A DNA stretch of 64,000 nucleotides from Candidatus Omnitrophota bacterium. GTDB lineage: Bacteria; Omnitrophota; Gorgyraeia; Tantalellales; Tantalellaceae. A program made the translations under genes and the position numbers. The notes under the pieces are model-generated. The model was given only the letters and a program-made list of their open reading frames with translations. It made no database searches and was not told the origin of the DNA. Positions 1-8,624 of the stretch are shown one piece after another (position 1 is the first letter of the stretch; every line of letters starts with the position of its first letter). The stretch is from positions 12,716 through 76,715 of the forward strand of contig JBARQV010000028.1 in NCBI GenBank assembly GCA_049643885.1. Direction: 5' to 3'.

Positions 1-1
1 C

Positions 2-241
2 ATTTCTATGTGGAAAGACGTCGACGATATACTCAGCCTTACGAATTTCGTGATAGCCGTGCGCCCGGGGTGGGGTGAAGAAAGCCCGTATGAAGACCGG
101 CTCACCAGGATCATTATCCCTGGCCTGGATATATCTTCTTCGATGATAAGGGAGCGGATACTGAAAAAAGAACCCATTGATTATCTTGTCCCCCAGGCCG
201 TAGTGGAATATATTAGAAACAAAGGCCTGTACCGTGGTTAG
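2..241 (+). CDS. nadD: nicotinate-nucleotide adenylyltransferase NadD, C-terminal part (5' end outside window)
   Basis: Translation ...ISSSMIRERILKKEPIDYLVPQAVVEYIRNKGLY matches the NadD C-terminus. The ORF is open to the window edge. Confidence 0.7.
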   Translation: MSMWKDVDDILSLTNFVIAVRPGWGEESPYEDRLTRIIIPGLDISSSMIRERILKKEPIDYLVPQAVVEYIRNKGLYRG

Positions 242-244
242 CGT

Positions 245-319
245 ATGTCATCCCGGACGAGCCCGGGGGTAAAAAAATATGTCATCCCGGACGAGCCCGA
301 AGGGTTCGATCCGGGATCA
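245..319. repeat. 1.5 tandem copies of the same palindromic repeat family
   Basis: ATGTCATCCCGGACGAGCCCGGGGG (245-269) and ATGTCATCCCGGACGAGCCCGAAGGGTTCGATCCGGGATCA (279-319); ATCCCGGA/TCCGGGAT arms around a GAAG-looped inner stem. Confidence 0.6.
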
Positions 320-327
320 AGTAAATA

Positions 328-356
328 TTGTCAAACAGACGTTATTATGGTAATAT
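328..356 (+). promoter_or_regulatory. putative sigma70 promoter (TTGTCA-N17-TAATAT) upstream of the small zinc-ribbon gene and rsfS
   Basis: TTGTCA at 328-333, 17 nt spacer, TAATAT at 351-356; AGGAGG RBS and ATG at 395 follow. Confidence 0.45.
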
Positions 357-394
357 TTGGTTATTATTATTAGTATAAAAGGAGGTGTATTCCG

Positions 395-538
395 ATGGCA
401 GAAGGATATTGTGTGAAATGCAAGGCGAAAAAAGAGATTAAAGACGCCAAAGAAGTGACGATGAAGAATAAAAGAAAGGCCGTGAAGGGTAAGTGCCCGG
501 ATTGCGGCACCGGTATGTATAGAATACTTGGCAAGTAA
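395..538 (+). CDS. small zinc-ribbon protein (DUF5679-like), 47 aa; absent from the ORF track (<60 aa)
   Basis: AAGGAGGTG RBS 7 nt upstream; translation MAEGYCVKCKAKKEIKDAKEVTMKNKRKAVKGKCPDCGTGMYRILGK carries CxxC...CxxC. Often found between nadD and rsfS. Confidence 0.6.
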   Translation: MAEGYCVKCKAKKEIKDAKEVTMKNKRKAVKGKCPDCGTGMYRILGK

Positions 539-956
539 TTCCCCCAAAATATTATCGGTGAATAAATTGGCATCCAAGGATAAAGCGCAACTCATCGCGG
601 AATCTGCTGCGGAGAAAAAGGGCCAGGACATTGTTCTGCTGAACATGAGCCGCATATCTACTTTATGTGACTGGTTTGTCCTTGTCAGCGCGAGTTCTTC
701 CCGCAGAGTGAACGCCATTTCCAAGGCAATACAGGAAAAATTATCCAGGAAGCGTATTCATCCCCTCCACGTCGAAGGGAGAAACAACCCTTACTGGGTA
801 CTCTTGGATTATGAGGATGTAGTCGCGCATATTTTTTATGGGGAAATAAGGGAGTTTTACGGGCTGGAAAGGTTATGGTCCGATGCTCCCAGAGAGCGGT
901 TTGACGCCAAATGTTCGGAAAAGACATCTCGAAAAAGATCTCGTCGACCTTCTTAA
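528..956 (+). CDS. rsfS: ribosomal silencing factor RsfS (Iojap); true start probably GTG at 558
   Basis: QDIVLLNMSRISTLCDWFVLVSASSSRRVNAISKAIQEKL...WVLLDYEDVVAHIFYGEIREFYGLERLW is the RsfS/DUF143 signature. The nadD-rsfS arrangement is conserved. Confidence 0.8.
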   Translation: MASNSPKILSVNKLASKDKAQLIAESAAEKKGQDIVLLNMSRISTLCDWFVLVSASSSRRVNAISKAIQEKLSRKRIHPLHVEGRNNPYWVLLDYEDVVAHIFYGEIREFYGLERLWSDAPRERFDAKCSEKTSRKRSRRPS

Positions 957-2605
957 AAGCGGTCCACGCCTATTTCAAGGAAAATTTTCCCCACCTTTCT
1001 TTCCCGGAAACCGTAGAGCCCATCCTGCAGGTAATACGCGATAAAAAACACGGCGACCTGACTTCAAGCGTGGCCATGCGACTGGCTCCCGTAGTCAGCC
1101 GTTCGCCCGACTCTATAGGCCGGGACATCATCGAGTCCTTCCGCGATATGATCAAAAACACGGATATCGCCGATCATGTAGGAGCAGTGGAGCTCAAAGG
1201 CGGGTTCATCAATTTCTGGCTCTCAGAAAAATATTACCACGAGGTCCTTGTAAATGTAATGAAGCAAAAGGGCAGGTTCGGCTCCTCGGACGATGGAAAA
1301 GGACAGCGCGTCAATATCGAGTTCGTTAGTGCCAACCCCACAGGGCCTCTGACTATCGCTCACGGCCGTCAGGCCGCCGTGGGGGACGCGTTATCGCGTA
1401 TTCTTCGTTTTTCGGGCTACGACGTTACCAGCGAATATTATCTTAACGATGTCGGAAGGCAGATATACATGTTGGGAAAATCAGTCGAAGTCAGGTACCG
1501 TGATCTTTTCGGCAGAGAAGAGCCCATGCCCGAGGACGGCTATGTCGGTGATTACATAATAGACATAGCTGAAGAGATAAAGAAGAAAAAGGGCGATAGC
1601 CTTCTTGAAAAAGGAGCGCACGCTGAACGCTTTTTCCGTGATTATGCCGTGAACTACATGATGGACATGATCAGAGATGACCTGGCGAGTTTCGGCGTCA
1701 GTTTCGATACATGGACAAGCCAGGCCGCTCTGGAGTCCCGTAAGGAAGTGAACAAGGTCCTCGGCGAACTGGAAAAGAAAGGTTTTATTTATGAGAACGA
1801 GGGGGCGAAATGGTTCGCATCCTCCAGGTTGGGCGACGATAAGGACCGGGTCGTTGTAAAGAGCGACGGGTCATACACTTATCTTGCGCCGGATGTCGCT
1901 TATCACAGGGATAAATATGAGCGGGGCTATGGCAGGCTGATAGATCTTCTGGGACCGGATCATCACGGTTATATCAAGCGGATGAAGGCCGCCGTCCAGG
2001 CCATGGGACACAGCGAAAGATCCCTGAACATACTGATAGTCCAGCTGGTCAAGCTCCTGCGCGCCGGCGAGACAGTGTCGATGTCCACTCGCAAAGGCGA
2101 GTTTATAAGTCTCCGCCAGGTGATAGATGAGATCGGCAAGGACGTGGCAAGGTTTTTCTTCCTGGTCCGCCGCCTGGACAGTCATCTTGATTTTGATATA
2201 GAGCTGGCCAAAAAGGAGTCATCGGAGAACCCGGTATTTTATATACAATACGCCCACGCCAGGATATGCAGCATCCACAAGTACAGCCGGAAAAAGGCCC
2301 TGAAACTGGTTTTCCGGAAGACGGACCCGGAACTGCTAAAGACGAAAGCGGAGACCGGGCTTATCAGGAAACTGATCGAGTTTCCCTTTGCCGTTGCCTC
2401 AAGCGCCGATGCCCTGGAGCCGAACCGGCTCTTAGTCTACCTTAATGAACTGGCAAGCCTCTTTCATTCATTTTATACCGAGTGCCGGGTAGTTACGGAC
2501 GACCTTGCCATGACCAAGGCCCGGCTTTTCCTGGTTGAGTGTGTCCGTATCGTTTTGGCCAACGGATTAGGCCTGTTGAACATTACCTTCCCCGAAAAAA
2601 TGTAG
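911..2605 (+). CDS. argS: arginine--tRNA ligase
   Basis: 564 aa with the Arg-tRNA synthetase N-terminal domain (KKHGDLTSSVAMRLA), a HIGH-like PTGPLTIAHGRQA, the catalytic core and the DALR anticodon-binding C-terminus. Overlaps the rsfS end, so the exact start is uncertain. Confidence 0.9.
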   Translation: MFGKDISKKISSTFLKAVHAYFKENFPHLSFPETVEPILQVIRDKKHGDLTSSVAMRLAPVVSRSPDSIGRDIIESFRDMIKNTDIADHVGAVELKGGFINFWLSEKYYHEVLVNVMKQKGRFGSSDDGKGQRVNIEFVSANPTGPLTIAHGRQAAVGDALSRILRFSGYDVTSEYYLNDVGRQIYMLGKSVEVRYRDLFGREEPMPEDGYVGDYIIDIAEEIKKKKGDSLLEKGAHAERFFRDYAVNYMMDMIRDDLASFGVSFDTWTSQAALESRKEVNKVLGELEKKGFIYENEGAKWFASSRLGDDKDRVVVKSDGSYTYLAPDVAYHRDKYERGYGRLIDLLGPDHHGYIKRMKAAVQAMGHSERSLNILIVQLVKLLRAGETVSMSTRKGEFISLRQVIDEIGKDVARFFFLVRRLDSHLDFDIELAKKESSENPVFYIQYAHARICSIHKYSRKKALKLVFRKTDPELLKTKAETGLIRKLIEFPFAVASSADALEPNRLLVYLNELASLFHSFYTECRVVTDDLAMTKARLFLVECVRIVLANGLGLLNITFPEKM

Positions 2606-2606
2606 C

Positions 2607-4502
2607 ATGTTTGAATCCATCAAACTATACATCAATGAACCTGCCGATCCGGAGACAATAGTCCGGACTCTCGATAAATACGGTTATGCCCGCTGCCGTA
2701 AAATATCCATTGAAGGAGATTACAGCCTGGTCGGCGAAGTCCTCATCGTCTATCCGGTGACATTTGAATATCCGGTCAGGATAGACCTTTCAGGGGGGAA
2801 GGTCAGGTCGATAAAAAGCATAGACCTAATGTCCTTTAAGGATATTACCGGCCATAACGGTATCATCATGCTTCCCGTTACCGCCTTGAGGCGCACCAAG
2901 GTGAAGAAGCGCCCGATAGAGATGGAGCTGGGAGAAAAACCGATCGAATCTTTCGTGGATATCGAGCCCGGCGATCACGTTGTCCATCTTGATTACGGAA
3001 TAGGGAAATACCTGGGAATGCAGCGCGTCAAACGGGAAGGCAAAATGAGAGATTATTTTGTCATCGAATATAAGGGCGGTGACAAGCTTTACATGGAACA
3101 CAAGGAGCTCCACAAACTGCAGAGATACATCTCTTTCCACCGGAAGCCCCCGCAGCTTAACAGCCTGAAAAGCGGAAAAAAGTGGGAAAGTGCCAAACGA
3201 AAAGCGGCCAGGGGGGTCACCAGGATAGCGGAAGACCTGCTTAAACTCCAGGCAAAAAGAGAAAGCACTTCCGCCCACTCGTTCAGCGAGGATACCGACT
3301 GGCAGGAAACGGTCGAGGAGGCTTTTCCCTACAAGGAAACACCCGACCAGCTGAAAGCCACAATAGCGGTCAAGGAAGACATGGAGGGCGCCCGCCCCAT
3401 GGACCGTCTTTTATGCGGTGACGTGGGGTACGGCAAGACAGAAGTGGCGCTCAGAGCGGCTTTCAAGGCCGTCATGGACAACAAGCAGGTCGCGGTACTG
3501 GTCCCGACTACCATTCTCGCGGAACAGCATCTTGATACTTTCAGGAGGAGACTGAAGGGCTATCCTGTGAGCATCCAGATGCTTAACCGTTTCAGGACTT
3601 CCGCCGAACAGAACGAGATCGTCAAGGGCCTGCGAGAGGGCGGGGTGGATATAGTCATAGGCACCCACCGTATTCTTTCTGACGACGTGAGATTCAATGA
3701 CCTGGGGCTTTTGATCATCGACGAAGAACAGCGGTTCGGGGTCCGGCAGAAGGAAAAGATCAAGAAACTCAAAGTGAATGTCGATATACTGACATTGACG
3801 GCTACCCCGATACCCAGGACGCTTTACCTGGCCCTGATGGGCGGAAAAGACATATCAGTCATAGAGACACCGCCACTGGAAAGGATACCCATTCATACCG
3901 AGGTAATAGAATACGATAAAAAAACCGTAAGGGAAGCCATTAAGAGAGAGATTGCCAGGAAAGGACAGGTCTACTATGTTCATAACCGTGTGGATACGAT
4001 CGACAGGATAGCCTCGGAAGTGAGCAAGCTTGTCCCGGACGCCCGGATGATGGTGGGACACGGACAGATGCCTTCAAGAGTTCTGGAGAAGACAATGCTG
4101 AAGTTTATCAAGGGGGAAGTCGACATACTGGTATGTACTACCATAGTGGAATCGGGAATAGACATACCGAACGCGAATACCATGGTGGTCAATGAAGCGG
4201 ATAAATTCGGCCTGGCCGATCTTTACCAGCTCAGAGGCCGTATCGGCAGGTTTGACAGGAAAGCCTATGCCTATTTCGTAGTCCGGGATCTGGCTGTATT
4301 GACCCACGAGGTGCAAAAAAGGCTCGAGGCTATAAAAAAATACCAGGAGCTTGGCGCCGGATTCAAGATAGCCATGCGGGATCTGGAGATGAGGGGAGCG
4401 GGGAACATACTGGGCATAGAGCAGAGCGGGTTTATCGACCAGGTGGGTTTTGATCTTTATTGCCGGCTTCTAAGAGAAGAGTTACATAGAATGAAACGGT
4501 GA
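2607..4502 (+). CDS. mfd: Mfd-like transcription-repair coupling factor, short form (RNAP-interacting CarD/TRCF domain + SF2 translocase; no UvrB-homology N-terminus, no C-terminal D7)
   Basis: CarD_TRCF motif IEPGDHVVHLDYGIGKYLGMQRV; Walker A GDVGYGKTEVALRAA; DEEQRFG; helicase C; TRG-like region ...RGAGNILGIEQSGFIDQVGFDLY. Only 631 aa against about 1150 for canonical Mfd. Confidence 0.8.
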   Translation: MFESIKLYINEPADPETIVRTLDKYGYARCRKISIEGDYSLVGEVLIVYPVTFEYPVRIDLSGGKVRSIKSIDLMSFKDITGHNGIIMLPVTALRRTKVKKRPIEMELGEKPIESFVDIEPGDHVVHLDYGIGKYLGMQRVKREGKMRDYFVIEYKGGDKLYMEHKELHKLQRYISFHRKPPQLNSLKSGKKWESAKRKAARGVTRIAEDLLKLQAKRESTSAHSFSEDTDWQETVEEAFPYKETPDQLKATIAVKEDMEGARPMDRLLCGDVGYGKTEVALRAAFKAVMDNKQVAVLVPTTILAEQHLDTFRRRLKGYPVSIQMLNRFRTSAEQNEIVKGLREGGVDIVIGTHRILSDDVRFNDLGLLIIDEEQRFGVRQKEKIKKLKVNVDILTLTATPIPRTLYLALMGGKDISVIETPPLERIPIHTEVIEYDKKTVREAIKREIARKGQVYYVHNRVDTIDRIASEVSKLVPDARMMVGHGQMPSRVLEKTMLKFIKGEVDILVCTTIVESGIDIPNANTMVVNEADKFGLADLYQLRGRIGRFDRKAYAYFVVRDLAVLTHEVQKRLEAIKKYQELGAGFKIAMRDLEMRGAGNILGIEQSGFIDQVGFDLYCRLLREELHRMKR

Positions 4503-4564
4503 ATTAACTTGAAGGCCGGTAAGGATTTTGATATCATAGCAATAAATAAAATAGCCCCGTCATT

Positions 4565-5443
4565 ATGGAAAAGAAAAGACACAGAATTTCATTTTTTCTT
4601 ATTATTGCGGCGTCCCTTGCTTTGACTGCCGGGTGCGGTAAAGCTGCCAAAGAAGGGGCGGTCTTGGCGCAAATCGGCAGTTCTAAGATCACCGTTGGCA
4701 GTTTTAACGAAAGGATCTCAAATCTGCCTGTCCGTTACCAGAGGGTCATAAGGCGGAGAAAAAAGGAATTTCTTGAAGAGTTGATAAACGATACGTTGCT
4801 TTACCAGGAAGCGGTCAACAATGGTCTGCACAAGGATGCGGATGTCCGCAAGGTCATAGAAGAAGCCAGAAAAAAGATATTGATCGCGCGGCTTTTAAAG
4901 GAAGAAGTAGAAGACAAGATAGATGTCACCGAAGAGGATATCAGCGTATTTTATGAGGAGAACAAGTCCGACTATATGACGACCGAGATAATGAGAGTCT
5001 CGCATATCCTGGTGCAGTCGCCCGAGGCGGCCGAGAACATACTTGAAAGACTTGAAAAGGGTGAAGATTTCGAAGAACTGGCCAAAGCGAAATCGGTTGA
5101 CCCGACCGCGCAGAGAGGTGGGGATATAGGGTATTTCCCGCGCGGGCAATTGATGCCGGAGTTCGAGAATGCCTGTGCCCGTCTCGATGTAGGCGAGATA
5201 AGCGGGGTGGTCAAGACCAACCTGGGATACCATGTCATTAAATTGACCGACCGCAGGCTGCCGCAGCAGAAACCGGCGGATGAAGTAAACGAGGACATCA
5301 GGTTGAGGATACGGACGATAAAAAAACAAAGGATATTCAGTGAGCTTCTTGATCGTCTGCACAAGGAGACCGAAGTTGTTGTGAATGGAGAAGTTCTTTC
5401 CGGGCTTGAAGACTTGCCCGGCGAAGAAAAAAAGGAGGAATAA
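4565..5443 (+). CDS. PpiC-type peptidyl-prolyl cis-trans isomerase (SurA/PrsA-like lipoprotein)
   Basis: Lipobox LTAGC after a hydrophobic N-terminus; parvulin domain SHILVQS...GGDIGYFPRGQLMPEF...GYHVIK. Confidence 0.75.
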   Translation: MEKKRHRISFFLIIAASLALTAGCGKAAKEGAVLAQIGSSKITVGSFNERISNLPVRYQRVIRRRKKEFLEELINDTLLYQEAVNNGLHKDADVRKVIEEARKKILIARLLKEEVEDKIDVTEEDISVFYEENKSDYMTTEIMRVSHILVQSPEAAENILERLEKGEDFEELAKAKSVDPTAQRGGDIGYFPRGQLMPEFENACARLDVGEISGVVKTNLGYHVIKLTDRRLPQQKPADEVNEDIRLRIRTIKKQRIFSELLDRLHKETEVVVNGEVLSGLEDLPGEEKKEE

Positions 5444-5447
5444 TAAA

Positions 5448-6401
5448 ATGAAAAGAAGGGACATCCTGAGAGTAGTCACTTTCTTGAGCATTCTTGTTTT
5501 GTGTTTTTCGGCTTACGCCGGAGTTGTTGACAAAGTGATAGTCGTCGTAAATGACGAAGTCATAACCCAGAGGGAATTTGACCGGGCATTTGAGCAGATG
5601 AAGCAGACTTATGAGACGAATTTCGAGGGAGACGAACTGAATCGCCGGCTTGAGGAAGCTAAAAAGATGCTCCTGGAAGAGCTTATTAACGCGAAACTTG
5701 TTGTCAGCCTGGCCAAGGAAGCCAAAGTGGAGATCGACGAAGAAAAGCTGAAAGAAAGGATCGAGAGCATAAAGTCGTACTATGCTTCGGAGGATGAGTT
5801 TCTCCGCGCTTTAAGCGCCAAGGGAACCAATCTGACGGAATTTGAAAAGGAACTTCGCGAACATATGTTGGGGCAGAAACTCATTCAAAAAGAAGTCGCG
5901 TCAAAGATCATCATCACGCCGTCTGATATCCAGGAACTTTACGAAAAAAACAAAGAGCAGATGGTGATCCCCAAGCGTGTAAAGGTCCGGGGCATCATGG
6001 TCCGCAAGAACGCTCAAGACGACGGCACGTCCCAAAAAAAGATCCAGGAGGTCGCCAAAGACCTGCAAAAAGGAAGGAAATTTGAAAAACTTGCCAAAGA
6101 ACAATCAGAAGGACCTTATGCCGATAGTGGCGGCGATATGGGTTACATCACCCCAGGGCAGATGCTGCCGGAAATAGACGAAGTCCTGTTTTCCCTGAAA
6201 AAGGGCGAATCTTCCGAGATCATCGAGACGCATATCGGGTATCATATATTCAAGGTCGAAGATGCAGAGGAATCGAAGATAGCGGAGTTTGCGGAAGTAA
6301 GCGAATTCCTGAGAGAGCAGCTCTTCATGAAGAGATTTCAAGACAGTCTCAACGAATGGATAATAGAAAAACGAGAAAATGCATATATCTCCTACAAGTA
6401 A
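5448..6401 (+). CDS. SurA-like parvulin PPIase/chaperone, secreted
   Basis: AAGGAGG RBS, then MKRRDILRVVTFLSILVLCFSAYA signal peptide. SurA N-terminal-like region, then parvulin domain (VRGIMV...GGDMGYITPGQMLPE...GYHIFKV). Confidence 0.75.
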   Translation: MKRRDILRVVTFLSILVLCFSAYAGVVDKVIVVVNDEVITQREFDRAFEQMKQTYETNFEGDELNRRLEEAKKMLLEELINAKLVVSLAKEAKVEIDEEKLKERIESIKSYYASEDEFLRALSAKGTNLTEFEKELREHMLGQKLIQKEVASKIIITPSDIQELYEKNKEQMVIPKRVKVRGIMVRKNAQDDGTSQKKIQEVAKDLQKGRKFEKLAKEQSEGPYADSGGDMGYITPGQMLPEIDEVLFSLKKGESSEIIETHIGYHIFKVEDAEESKIAEFAEVSEFLREQLFMKRFQDSLNEWIIEKRENAYISYK

Positions 6402-7344
6402 GCCCCATATCTACATAACTATGGGTGACCCGGCCGGCATAGGACCGGAGGTCACCGCAAAAGCAATGGCAAGCCCTGACATAAAAAGGCTTGCCATTTT
6501 TACTATTATAGGCGACAATGCCGTCCTGCAGCAGGCGTTTAACGGATCTGTTCCATCCGGGGTCAATATCCTTGATCCGGTGGCTTCGCTTAGAGAGATC
6601 CGTCCCGGCAAGCCTACCGCAGAAGGCGCCAAAAAGGCCCTTGAGTGCATAGATGCGGCCGCCCGGATAATGCTGGATAAGACGGACAAGACACCGAGGG
6701 CGATGGTGACCGCGCCGGTGAGCAAGGAAGCGATAGCTGAAGTGCGCAAAGGATTCCGGGGCCATACGGAATATCTCCAGGAAGCGAGTTCAGCGCAATT
6801 TGTCACCATGGCGATGATCGGGAAGAACCTGTGTGTCATCCCCGTTACGCGTCATATTCCTATAAGCGAAGTCGCGGGGACATTGAACGCCGATATTGTC
6901 CTGCGCACCTTGAAGCAGGTGATCGAAAACCGTTCGCTATTGTCCGAAAACGATCCGGCCCGCATAGGCGTCTGCGCGCTTAATCCTCATTGCGGCGAAA
7001 AGGGAAAGATAGGGACCGAGGAGATCGATATCATCGCCCCCGCGGTCGAGGAAGCAAGGAAAAAGTATGAACATATCGAAGGCCCGGTCGCCGCAGACGT
7101 TGTGTTTTACCGGGCCTTGAAGAAATCAATAGATATTGTCGTTTCAATGTATCACGACCAGGGGCTTGGCCCGTTCAAGATGATCGATTTTGATAACGGC
7201 GTCAACATGACGCTTGGACTGGGCTGGGTCCGTACTTCTCCCGACCATGGCACGGCTTTCGATATAGCAGGGAAAGGCATCGCCGACTCCAGATCAATGG
7301 AGTGCGCGATACAGCTTGCCGTCCGGGCCATCACTAGCATATAG
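6379..7344 (+). CDS. pdxA: 4-hydroxythreonine-4-phosphate dehydrogenase PdxA
   Basis: ITMGDPAGIGPEV N-terminus, HTEYL, LNPHCGEKG and MYHDQGLGPFK motifs are typical of the PdxA/PdxA2 family. Confidence 0.85.
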   Translation: MHISPTSKPHIYITMGDPAGIGPEVTAKAMASPDIKRLAIFTIIGDNAVLQQAFNGSVPSGVNILDPVASLREIRPGKPTAEGAKKALECIDAAARIMLDKTDKTPRAMVTAPVSKEAIAEVRKGFRGHTEYLQEASSAQFVTMAMIGKNLCVIPVTRHIPISEVAGTLNADIVLRTLKQVIENRSLLSENDPARIGVCALNPHCGEKGKIGTEEIDIIAPAVEEARKKYEHIEGPVAADVVFYRALKKSIDIVVSMYHDQGLGPFKMIDFDNGVNMTLGLGWVRTSPDHGTAFDIAGKGIADSRSMECAIQLAVRAITSI

Positions 7345-7405
7345 CGGATAGTTTGCCCATTAGAACAAACGCGCATGATCTAACTTACCCCATACGCTAT
7401 ATGCT

Positions 7406-8269
7406 ATGCGCTATACGCTATTATTTATGAATATAAGCGAGTTAAAACGATTATGGCAAGAACACGGGTTCCATCCGACGAAACGCCTGGGGCAGAACTT
7501 CCTTATCGATAAGAACATAAGGGACAACATCTTGAACACGGTCCCTTTTAGCGCTGACAGTGTAGTTGTCGAGATAGGCGCCGGTTTCGGGGTCATGACC
7601 TTTGAGGCCGCAGAAAGGTGCCGACGTCTTTATGCCGTTGAGAAAGACGAAAAGATCTGCGCGATAATGGCTCCTTTGTTCAGCAAAAAAGAGAACCTGG
7701 AACTGGTACGCGGAGATATCCTTGAATTTGATCTTTGTAGTATAGCATCGCGGGACAAGGGCATTCTTGTTCTTGGAAATATACCGTATTACATAACCAC
7801 CCCCGTGATCGAGAAAATAATCACAGAAAGGAAGTGTATCCGGGGCGCTTACATAGTGGTGCAGGATGAACTTGCGAGTAGGATAGTTTCCCCGCCGGGA
7901 CGGAAAGATTACGGTGCGTTGACCTGTTTTGTGCAATTTTACGCCGAGGTCGAGAAGGTGTTCAAGATAAAGAAAAATTCGTTTTACCCTCGGCCCAACG
8001 TCGATTCATGTCTGCTAAAGCTGGCGATGTCCCCCGAGCCGCGGGTCAAGGTCAGGGATAAGGAGCTCATGTTCAGGATCGTCAGGAAGGCCTTTCAGCA
8101 AAGACGTAAAAAGATACTGAATTCATTATCTCATGGTGGATTTCTTGATATGGATAAAGGCGAGTGGCAGGACGTCCTCCAAGATTGCGGGGTCGATATT
8201 TATAAACGTGCCGAAGATATATCTCTTCTTGATTACGCCCGGATAAGTGACGCGGCGGGCGAACGTTGA
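7406..8269 (+). CDS. rsmA: 16S rRNA (adenine1518/1519-N6)-dimethyltransferase RsmA/KsgA (start may be 7427)
   Basis: LGQNFLIDKNI, VVEIGAGFGVMT SAM motif, NIPYYITTP. Confidence 0.85.
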   Translation: MRYTLLFMNISELKRLWQEHGFHPTKRLGQNFLIDKNIRDNILNTVPFSADSVVVEIGAGFGVMTFEAAERCRRLYAVEKDEKICAIMAPLFSKKENLELVRGDILEFDLCSIASRDKGILVLGNIPYYITTPVIEKIITERKCIRGAYIVVQDELASRIVSPPGRKDYGALTCFVQFYAEVEKVFKIKKNSFYPRPNVDSCLLKLAMSPEPRVKVRDKELMFRIVRKAFQQRRKKILNSLSHGGFLDMDKGEWQDVLQDCGVDIYKRAEDISLLDYARISDAAGER

Positions 8270-8303
8270 CTTTTTATTATCATTATGATATCGTATAGGA
8301 GCT

Positions 8304-8624
8304 ATGAACAAGAATAATAGTCATAGTGATACTATTTCCAAGGAAGATGTGAAACATGTTGCCTTGTTGTCGCGGCTACGCCTGGAGGAAGAAGAAATCT
8401 CCAGATTTCAGAGACAGCTTTCCAGCATCCTTGAATATGTTGCCCAATTAAACGAAGTCGACACAAAAGATATTACGCCAACGTCTCATGTCATTTCTTC
8501 CGTAAAAAATGTGTTCCGAAAAGATGAATTAAGAGAGTCGCTTTCCCCAGAAGAAGCTTTAGGTAACGCTCCGGCAAGACGAGATGATCTTTTCGAAGTC
8601 CCCAAAATAATCAAAGATGCTTAA
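8304..8624 (+). CDS. gatC: Asp/Glu-tRNA amidotransferase subunit C
   Basis: Size and HVALLSRLRLEEEEISRFQRQL...NVFRKDE motif; immediately upstream of gatA and gatB. Confidence 0.85.
   Translation: MNKNNSHSDTISKEDVKHVALLSRLRLEEEEISRFQRQLSSILEYVAQLNEVDTKDITPTSHVISSVKNVFRKDELRESLSPEEALGNAPARRDDLFEVPKIIKDA

Noticed and set aside
317-724. Minus-strand ORFs overlapping rsfS and the zinc-ribbon gene, and many similar antisense shadow ORFs (e.g. 9505-10317, 20462-21421, 22993-23649, 42127-43185)
   Set aside because: All lie antisense to genes with clear homology and lack recognisable domains. They are typical shadow ORFs.
7385-7420. Short TACGCTAT-type direct repeats (also seen at 47255-47280)
   Set aside because: They are very short and AT-simple. 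The second site is inside coding sequence (ALYAIRYML). Chance similarity is more likely than a repeat family.
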